A DNA stretch of 61,363 nucleotides, counting the filler, from Platydemus manokwari (Eukaryota), in NCBI GenBank assembly GCA_037951405.1. It is 6 parts of 6 records of this genome, joined end to end, with 100 filler letters (N's around TTAATTAATTAA, not from the genome) between each part and the next. Parts side by side here need not be neighbours in the genome. Positions count along the whole stretch, not along the records: positions 50,039 to 61,363 come from JBBMOY010763314.1; 5 more parts are not named here. One strand, written 5' to 3'. The position numbers and the translations under genes were made by a program. Below, one piece after another: positions 51,481 through 61,363 of the stretch. The notes beneath the pieces were generated by a model. The model saw only the letters and a list, made by a program, of their open reading frames with translations. It made no database searches and had not been told where the DNA came from. Positions within the stretch are counted from its first letter, which is position 1, and the number at the start of each line of letters is the position of its first letter.

Positions 51481-52239
51481 AATCGAAAATTTAAAACAAA
51501 ATATCAAAACAATAGTCAATGAAGGTTAAAAGATTCGTACAATTGGATATCATATACCCGAAAAATATTGAAAATTATTATTTTATTTTTCTAAATACAT
51601 AAATGAACTTGCAAGACGACTTTGATCTGCCGAAATTATAATTAAAGAGTGTAGGATAAAATTGTTTTCAATGGCAGTAGTTATTTATATTTTCATTTCA
51701 AATTCACGTGATTCAATTTTATCTAAACTTCTAAATTCAAATCAAATTTCATTATTCTTACCTTGGATTACCGGGCATTTTAATAGTTAAGCTCATTTCT
51801 CATCATGTAACCAGTCTTATGGGCCAATCAAATAGAGTTGTTAAAGTTTTGTGATTTTAATATATTCCAGTAAATAAAATGTGTGAATATTTTATCATTA
51901 TTATTTATCAATTGATGAATTTAATAATTCAATTGTGGTTCCTTCAAAAATCATAATCCTGATTTCAGTTTCAAATATATTCTATGATTGAATGAAGTTG
52001 GATAATGTAAGGATTATGAGTTGTTTAGAATCATTTGAACATTCACGAATAATGCAGCTTTTTCACCAACACAAGGGTTTCCCATTCCGTTATATTTGCC
52101 AGTTTTGGTCATGATTTCAAAACTAGTGTTTCATAATTTGGTGACAGGTGAATTCGAGTTATACCATTTGGGAATTTTGTGAATACTATCAATATAATTC
52201 AAACTTCATGACTAGTAATTTACCGAGCAAATAAACATT

Positions 52240-53000
52240 TCGATAATGTTTGTGAGCGGAAAGTAGATATGGAATCAAAATTCAACTTAAAAGCTTATAT
52301 CATAGCAATAATGGAGCGTTTGAGCATAGAAGATTTTTTGGTCAAAAGAATCGGAATAGAGTCATTCTCTGAACTTTTCCACAGCATTGATGTAGAGAAT
52401 AAATTGATGTAAATTCATTCTGATGAATGTTAAATATAACCTACTAAATACGAGGTTCTATACCTGGGAATGATGAATGGATAAAATGTCAAAATGTCAT
52501 AATACTGAAATTAATATAAATATTGTTAACTAATCTATCTATGTTCTGCTATAAACTGTCCATAATAAGGTTTGTTGCTTCTAAACAATTTCAAAAAACC
52601 TGATTAAAAGACTCAATTTCAATGAAACTAAAGACAGAATGACTTAAGATATTACTTAAATCTACGAGAACAACGACCAATTGCATAAGTTGACATTTAT
52701 CGAGGAAATTAATCAATTCAAAGAATCAGTTATTCAAAAGTAGTCAAATCAGATTAATTACTAAATTGATAGCGAAAAAGAAATTTTCTTAATAAGTCTT
52801 TGTGGAAGCTCATGGAAAAGAGGTATGAATCAATCAGAATGTGATTCAATTGTAGTAGAATAAATAAAATAACAATGAAGTTCACTTTTCCATTACAAAT
52901 GCAAAGCATTTCGCGAAAATAGATTTCTGACAAGTGTGCCATTAGTCGTACTTAGCCAAGGTCCCAGAAATCTTTCAAATCTTGTTGCAGATATTTTGGA
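52240..53000 (-). mobile_element. CR1/L2-like non-LTR RT remnant
   Basis: The minus strand has an EKVQRMT-like (LEKVQRRAT) segment near 52370 and an LGP remnant near 52965. Heavily decayed. Confidence 0.3.
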
Positions 53001-54279
53001 AAAATGAAGTTAATTTCTTAGCTCATACAGTTTGTAAAGGATGGGATCAAGAAAATTCAGACTAAATTGTTAAAATAATGAAAGCGAACAAACCAGAACG
53101 TGGAAGTAATTCACTGGAGTCGCAAATGACTTTGTACTTCACATTTTAGGACTAGATAAATTCGTGAAATGGGCTGTAATATGTAATGGCAGTTTATTTG
53201 TCTGATAACCAATTTTAAATTATCCTTATTTTTTTTATGTGTAAGTCTGTCGAATTCTTTGCAACAAAGATCCGAAATAATTTAAAAGATAAAATTTAAT
53301 TTATTATAAATATTGGTTTAGGAACTGGAACATCTAAGATATTTGAGAATAGTATGACTAGTGAGCTATTTTCATCACAATTTGAAATTAATTTGAATTA
53401 AAGTAGAGCAATTATTGCTAGTAAAAATTAAAATGATATTTTAAAGAAAGAGTAAATTGAGTTGACCTGAATTGAGATAAGTGATTTTTGAGTTCATATT
53501 GGAAAAAATCTTATGAAACAAGTTGACGAATTTATACCAAAACAATGCGGTGCAATGAATACAGCGATATATGATAAAGCTTGTTGGATTAAAGTATATT
53601 GAATCGTAAAGTATTATATGAAAGAGCAAGTTTTTTAAGATGTCTTGTTCTCTAATCCCTCCTCATTTCCTTTTTAGCTAGGTGCAACTAGTTTTGAATC
53701 CATTTGTGTATTGTGGAGCAGAATAAATAAATGTATTAGACTGGTTAAAAGAATTGCGTTTTTTTACAGTGACAAACTTTGACTCCAAATAAATAAGTCG
53801 AACTCACCTATTGAGTTAAGTGGTAAAAGTGTGTGAGTATTTTCAACAACAACTACAGGAATTTGAAAAATACCAAATTTGAGAGCATTTAACAATACAT
53901 ATAAAATAATAAAAATTATAGTAATGTTAAAATAATAGGGAAATTTTATTAAACCTCAATAAATAGATAATTAATTTCAAATTAATCAATCAAAACTGAA
54001 TTAAAAACTTTTAATACTTTAAATAACCTAAACAATTTTACAAAAGCTTGTTTCTTTACATTGATAACATTCCGATTAAATGCTAGACAAATATGGATAT
54101 CTTCTTTCTCATTTTATTTTGACGAATGATTGTACATATTCTTTTAAAAACTATTATTTAAAATTTTTTAAGCAGTTTAGTTTCATATTTTTCTTTTCGA
54201 TTTTAAATGTTCTAATTTATTCAAATATCATTGGGAAATTTAAACTTTGTTATTAGGAAATCAAAATCAATTTGAAGAT

Positions 54280-56560
54280 ATTATGACATTATTAATTATC
54301 ATCACGTGATTACATTTTGAGAAGAAAATTAAGGAGTTAATCGAGAATTTCTAAGTAACTAATGTGGCAAATAGTGTAGTAGTCCTTGCAATCAATCATT
54401 ATTGATTGTACCAAAAGTGGACGGCTTCATATGGATGTGCCTGAATTTTAAAGATTCGTGTTTTCAGTACCGAATATCTAAACGATGTTGAACTTGATGA
54501 AAGGAGATTCAGTATTTTCACTGTAGACTTAGGTCAATCATATTAACGAGTGGAACTAGACGAAAGCTCGCAACTGATAACTACATTCAGTAAAATAACC
54601 AACCAGTATTGCTTCAACAGATTAGAATTTGGATTATGCGCAGGTCGATGAAATTACAGAATCCGATGAATATAATATTTAAGGTATATTATTGTGTCAT
54701 AGCTTATCTTAGTGACATGTTTACATAAAAACGTTCCAAGGAGACTTATTATGAGAAGCTTAGAAACATTTTTCATCTAACCAAGTTATCTGGATTGAAT
54801 GTCAGGTGCTAAACGTTTGAAATTTCTAGGTCCTACTATTAATGAAGATGGCGTTCAGATGGGAAGATCAAAAATCAGAGGTAGAAATACCGAGATATAT
54901 TGCACATGACAAGAGAATCTAATGGTCAAATGAATGTTTTGGTATCAGCACAGTGCTAGCATATTCGGATCTAGTTAGACAAATTATCCTGAATATAAAC
55001 ATGAGCTTAGGAGCAATAGGCGCAGTCTTAAGTCAGGTAGACGATAAATTATTGGAGAGAGTAATTTTTTACGGATCCCGGAACTTAAACAAACACGCAA
55101 GGGGCTATTGTGTTACTCGAACGGTAGCAATCAATAGATTCTCAATACAGCTTAAACATCACCTGAATGGTAAAAAAATTAATTACAACGGATCACAAAT
55201 AGTTTACATAACTGGATAAAACTAATAAGCCGATCAGTCCTCAGTTTCAAATGTAGTTCAGCAATTCAAAAGTAAAGAAGAAACAATACTGGAAAAATAT
55301 CGAACAATATAAACTGATAGATTATCTAGTCGTCTATAACGATGGATAATCAGTTCATGAACATAATCTAACGAGGAACGTCCACGAAGAATGTGCCACA
55401 AAAGTTATTGGAGTTCGTCCAGAATATCTATTTTCGGTCGAACATACACGGAAGGATAGAACACGAAGTATAGAGTTGTGTTTTCGCCAAACAGAAGGTG
55501 CATGTTAGTAGTAGCTACCTTATTTAAATTTTGAAATTAACTAGAATGAGTCATTGAGAAGTTTTACGAAATATTTATTATTAAAAGCAAATTAAACATT
55601 TTTAGAGAAAATAAAATATTTTCAACAGAGCTTCAATTATTTGCCAATGTTAATCAGGAATATAAATATTAAAATATGTAAGGCACATATTTAAAATATT
55701 CAAAAAATGTTATTAAATTTTCAAATAATCCATCAAAAATCAAACATTTTAAACATTCAAAATTAGAATATTTTTAAATAATTTATTTTTAAAATTATTT
55801 CAATTTATTTCAATTACAATTTTCCTCACAGTGAAAACAGAAAGAACCAAAGAAGTAATGTTTCCAAGAAAAGAATCTGGGCCGTCTGAACAAATGGTTG
55901 TGGATATTGCTAATTTCGGACACATTAGATATAGGTTTAAGTACTCATTAATGATTATTCACCGTTTCAGCAATGGTAAGTCTTACACCATTAACCAATC
56001 AGAATGAAGCTAGTATCTTTGAGACAATAATCAACAAATAGATTCATTGATTTTGAACACCGAGATCGTGGCAACACGTACGAAAAAAACTGATGAAAGT
56101 AGCGGCAATAAATCACGATATTACTCAGGAATTTGCATCGCCAGGTAAATTTATTGGTATGAAGAATGATAATAACCGTGCGAGGCATGGTGGTTGTGAG
56201 CCGTTTCTATTTTTAAAAATCACTCATTAAAAACTAACTGAAAATTCACGACATTCAGTTATATTTAAATGCAATAATTTAAGCTAATAAATTTGATTTA
56301 TAGAAAAAATATTTTTATATAAAATTTAATCTATGAAAATTTTAATTCAATTTAAAATGCTCACAGTAGTAACGACAATGAAGTTGGATGACACCTTGTC
56401 AAGTTGGAATAAACTCATACTAAAAAGAGAATTCGTAATCAGTTCCATTTATCAGAACGGAACCAAATATTCGTACCTTGAGATTCTTTTTGGAAGACGC
56501 ATTCTTTTACATGGGCTAAAGATATCCAAACCAATAGACCACAGTAAGATTATCAATAAC
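54280..56560 (+). mobile_element. Degenerate Ty3/Gypsy pol (RT, RNase H, integrase)
   Basis: RT IVPKVDGFIWMCLNF, SIFTVDLGQSY, YCFNRLEFGLC, IAYLSD. RNase H GAIGAVLSQ...VIFYGSRNL...GYCVT. Integrase PSEQMVVDI, KYSLMIIHRFS, DRGNTYE, GTKYSYLEILFGR. Confidence 0.88.
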
Positions 56561-59500
56561 AATGAAGAATAAATGAAAAGGTAGTCGTTTATTTAAGTAA
56601 CATGATTTTCCCAATGGGAAAAAGTCTTAATTAAAAAAGAATCTCAAAAGATGCACAAAGATGGTGACAAATACAAAAGCTCGATATGCATTTTAAAATT
56701 CTTGAGTGCACATAAAGTTTTACTCAATTTATTCAACCTAAGTTAATAAGAATAGAAGATTTCAGAAATCATCAGAGAGGGAAGTTCGATAATATTAATT
56801 TTCTTAGTTTAATATGTTGTTAGATTATCAAAAATATACTTATTCTGACTAATGAGTTTCTTTATATATAAAAGACTATGAAATAAATACTAAAATTTAA
56901 AAAAATAATTAAAATATAAGTAAATGATAATAGACCAAGCATCTTATTCCTAATAGTAAAAATCCAAATAAATATTAAAATAATTATTATTATTCTAATA
57001 GTAATAAGAGTAAATAATTTCGTAATCAATTACAGGAATTGGAAATTTGTTTATGAAATTTAATGCCAGAATACCAATTTAGTAAAATTGGTAAGAGATT
57101 CAAAAAAAATCAATAAATGACTATTGAAATTGACTTCATAGAATTTCGTAAACAGGTGAGATAGACTGATTACAGTATTAAATAAGATAAAGAGAAGAGT
57201 CTGACTTACAAGGAGGAAATTTGATTGAGGAATTCAGGAGCATAAAACAAACAACCATGATTTTTGTATTATTTAACTGAACGAAGTTTTCACCATAATC
57301 GGAAGAGAGGTAGGCTATAGCACTATATAGCAAGCTACTTTCTTCCATAGCACAGTCAAAGTAGAATTGTTGCATGCTCTAGGAGCTGTAAACAAGTAAA
57401 GTCATGTAGAAATACATACTTATAAAATTTGTACTTTGTTCTCAGAGTAGTTCATTTCTTGTTATCTGAACTTTAATAGGGTCTTAGATCAAATTTGATA
57501 AAATTGTATATTTATTGCTAAAATATTTTAGTAAGTTTATTGGTTTACTTATTTGGAGTCGAATAATTGAACTAATAGCTGTGTTATACACTAGGTAGGC
57601 CCAACGTACACTATTATTATTGAAGAAATTCTATTATAAAAATCACCCAGAAAACATTTTCTTAACACATCAAAAATGTTATCACGTATTACAAAGTTGC
57701 TGGATCGAGAGTAATGAGTGTTTTCTTAAACAAACAATCTACTAAACTTCTCACGTTGGAATTTCTTCATGATTGTGTCTACTCGAATAGAATTCGTATA
57801 ACTGACAAAAGTACTTCACGATGAACTCTTGGTTATTTCAGAATTATACAAAAACAACGAGAAATATAACTTGGAATCTTAAAGAATATTAAGAATTGAA
57901 TCTATAATTGTAAGAATATCATTTATTTTCAGAAGTTTTAATTTAATAGTAAAGATTGATAATTGTATTATAAATCCATTGATTCTTCTCCAGCATTCTA
58001 ACAATGATAACACGCGCTTTAAAAGTTCATAACATTGGCCTCGTATGAGTTTCTGTTTTCCTGTTGGTACAATGTAAGGTTTTGATTATTCCATCTGTAT
58101 TATTGTTTTTTATTCAATAAAATATCTTTAATCCGAGTTATTGTGCTTACTTAAATCACACTAAAATATATCCCTTAATAATTATAAACGATTCTATGAA
58201 TGTGGTTCATTCAGTGATCATACAAAGGAACTCATTGATAATCTTCACGTGCCATTACCTAAATTGTTTTAGTATTCATGTCAGTAGTTAGAAGCCCAAC
58301 CATAGGGATCCATTAAACTATGAAAAATATAATAATAGAAAACAAAAAAGAATTTTAATATAATTAATTATTGTCTAAATAATGAAGTTACAAATATTAT
58401 ATCCTAATTAAAAATGCATTATTTTTAATAAAGAATCATTCATTATTCTACTTGTAATTTAATTCATTGTAATTAAAGATGAAGTATTGTTAAGTATTTT
58501 GGTAAATTAAAATCGTTATTTTTATTAATAATCAATCATGCTGATTTATTACTGATAGATGACTTTTGAGTCTGATTGCAAAGTTTTTTGGAAAACTAAA
58601 AGAAATTATGCCCCAGGTGTGTTTATTGGAAATTGGGAAAATGAAAGAAAGGAGGGCGGCTACTGTATGAAAATAGAAGAAACTCTACCATCTAAGGTTC
58701 TAGATAACAATAAATAATAGATATAATAATATTTTTAGTATACTTATTCATATCAAACAGTAAATAAAGTGGAAATAGGCGCTCATGAACTGAAGAAAGA
58801 ACGTACGATTCACGAAAGAAGAATTTTGTATCTTACAAGTAAACAGTATTTCATCACATTTTTATCAAAATTGATTTTTTCTAGCTATTCCTTTTATGGG
58901 ATGCCAATTTAATTCATCTCCCGAATATTCGAATGAAAGTGCATGGATTTCAGAATTCAAAGATAAATTTAGACATCCTTTAAGTGTGAATAGAAATAGA
59001 ATTAGAAAACTATGAATAAATAAAAATATTTTGACATTTTTATATTATTTAATAATTTATAAAAGTTGATAAAAATGACATTCTTTTGTAATTATTATAT
59101 AAAAAATTGTACTTTGATTAACGCAATAGTTTCTCTTTAAAGAATGGTAAATTTTATAAATTTATTGTTATAATAAATTTATGTTAAACATATTTAAAAC
59201 GGTAATATGTAATTAAAGACGTAATTAAAGATATAGTATCCATCTGCATGTTTACCAATCGATTATTGAAATTTGCAAAAATTGGTCTGAATTTGTTAAA
59301 TAAAGTCAACCCATTGAAACATTTACTTCTGAAATAATATACGTGAATCATGAAACAATCGGTGACAATTTTCAAAACTATGTAATGCAGATTATGTTTA
59401 GATACTTTTAGACTCAGTACAACATTGTTTGACGAAAAGTCGATTTCGAACAAGCTTAACCAATCAAATCTTTGGAAGAAATTAACAGAACTAGAATTTC

Positions 59501-59599
59501 GATAGATAACCAAATTTATCCAATTTTGTATTTAAATCCCTCTTTAATTAAAATTGTAGCTAAATAATAGGAACTGATTTCAAAAATTGACAGAATTGA

Positions 59600-59870
59600 A
59601 AAACGGTACGGATGTCATCTCAAGAAATTTTTTAATTTCATGACAGACCATTTTACTTGAATGAAGCAGTTTTAGATGTCTAAATGAAATTGATCAGAGA
59701 AATAATATTTAGTAGACTATTACGAAAGCCTTATTGTAAGAAAAGCTGATTTTGAAGGCATTGACTATATAATTCGATCAAAAATTCTATCCCAAGCTCA
59801 AAAAGCAGGTGGTACTGTTAAAGATTTTGTAAACCATCTATTCACATTCGCAGAAAAGATATTTAAAACG
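59600..59870 (+). mobile_element. LTR-retrotransposon gag (capsid) remnant
   Basis: RSKILSQAQKAGGTVKDFVNHLFTFAEK matches the Q..GE.V.DF...L..LA major-homology-like region. Confidence 0.5.
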
Positions 59871-60611
59871 AAAGAATGTTGCCTAACCCAATGCCTAACT
59901 GTCGTGGAATTTCATAACTACAAAGAATCCACCATACTAGGACAGCAATCAGTTTTGCGTACGAAGTCATACAAAACTACCCGAGCGTAGGTTGTCATTA
60001 ATTAATCTTCTAAGACAAATACTATTAAAATAAACAAAAGAAAAAAGCCACCACCTCTCTTTCCTGCGATGAATTGCTCAATTGGCAATTTGAAGTAGCT
60101 CGAAAAATCAACAGAGACACTTTGTCCAAAGACTCGAATAGGAATTTGATGTAATAAGCTCACAAGGATTTGATTCGGAATCTCTTGTTCGTCGTTCATA
60201 CTGGAATTTGTTTTTGTTTAGAAGCCAGGCTCACCAAAAATCAATTAACAATTTTAATCTGAAAATTTGTATTAAATAAAACATTACAATCAAAGTCTTA
60301 ACAACAATAACAGCAAATTTTTTCACAGTTTACAAAGCAAATCACTCAAGACGAGATCAGAGCCCGAAAGTCTAAAACAGAATGAAAAGTAATCAAAAAG
60401 ACTGATTATTAAAATCACACACAAGCTAAGCACTGAAGTGTCCAAAAAAGACCGGCAGAAATCAATGGAACTCAACGTATTTAAAAAACCTGTCAGATAT
60501 GTCTGCTTGATGTCAAGAATCTTCGTTTTTGCTGAATTTGTTCGTGAATCGATTTAAATGAGATTTTACTTACATTGTTTTCCCAATATAAGTAAAAGTA
60601 AAATTATAAAT

Positions 60612-60894
60612 TGTGTGATATTCGGGGCGGTTGCTCCCGAATATCGGTATTTAGTAGAAGTAATAAGTGTGGTGTGTCCGTAACTTATTGCTGCGCACGC
60701 TAGTACGTTGTAAGGCCACTTTAAATCCTCGGCCTGTATTTTAATATTGTGAGCACACTTTATCCGTACTTCTAAACGAACTCATATTTAAGGGTTGAAC
60801 CCTTCTTAGAAATTTATTTTAACCATTGTACAGTGTGATATTAATAAATCTTACTCAATAACCACTATCTTTTGGAATCAGATAGAATCATACA
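60612..60894 (+). mobile_element. Candidate LTR with a GC-rich 5' hairpin
   Basis: Starts TGTGTGATA and ends ATCATACA, with an internal AATAAA (60843) and TGG shortly after the end. Hairpin GATATTCGGG...CCCGAATATC at 60617-60645. Confidence 0.3.
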
Positions 60895-61363
60895 AGTGGA
60901 CCCAACAGATGTAAAGAAACAATTGAAATTGAAAAATATTTAAGTTTGAAATGCCACGCTTATTATTGTGTATTATAAGAAAAATCTATTGAAATATTAA
61001 TTAAATGAGGAAAAATATTAACTATTGTTGGGTTATTAATTGACATTGAATAGTGAAAACTAAAATTTGTGTCATAATGAATTACAAATTCAACTAGTCG
61101 CCAAATATAATTGGAAATCATAGTAATAGATATCACTGAAGATGAGATTAGTATCTGAAAGTTGAATGTCAAATAAAACACAACTACAAAGACTGCTGTC
61201 TGAAGAAACACATCAAAGTCACACAGAATGAGAGTTTCTAACAAAAAGTTACTAGTGAAATCCCATTACTTTCAAAGGCTTACCACGTGTGTTCACTTCA
61301 TGTGTCAGGTCTTAGCTTTTCATTCGATAGAGTCGTCCACACGTAGATATGTTAAGAAATTCT

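Overview
Very AT-rich eukaryotic (animal) draft-genome window. Introns of about 40-80 nt, mariner and Penelope-like relics and the gene content would fit a flatworm such as a planarian, but that is inference. The window is six pieces of about 9-11 kb joined by identical artificial 100-nt linkers (44 N + TTAATTAATTAA + 44 N), plus two ordinary N gaps, so synteny across linkers is not guaranteed. Host genes I can support: an intronless STRA6-family membrane receptor (-), the terminal exon of mitochondrial ribosomal protein L4 (-), an intronless divergent rhodopsin-like GPCR (+), intronless TFIIH p62/GTF2H1 (-), a 7-exon TEX10/Ipi1 homologue (+), and a multi-exon stomatin/SPFH-family gene (+). 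The ORF track shows the last two only in fragments. The rest is largely decayed mobile DNA: an R2/NeSL-type non-LTR RT, three Ty3/Gypsy relics, Penelope- and CR1-like fragments, a four-copy ~600-bp MITE family, a mariner-like TIR pair spanning a gap, and hAT ends. The most unusual item is a decayed, N-glycosylation-rich, fusion-peptide/heptad-repeat (env-like) reading frame lying antisense directly after a Gypsy RNase H. No CRISPR, rRNA or convincing tRNA was seen, and I cannot demonstrate an intact novel system.
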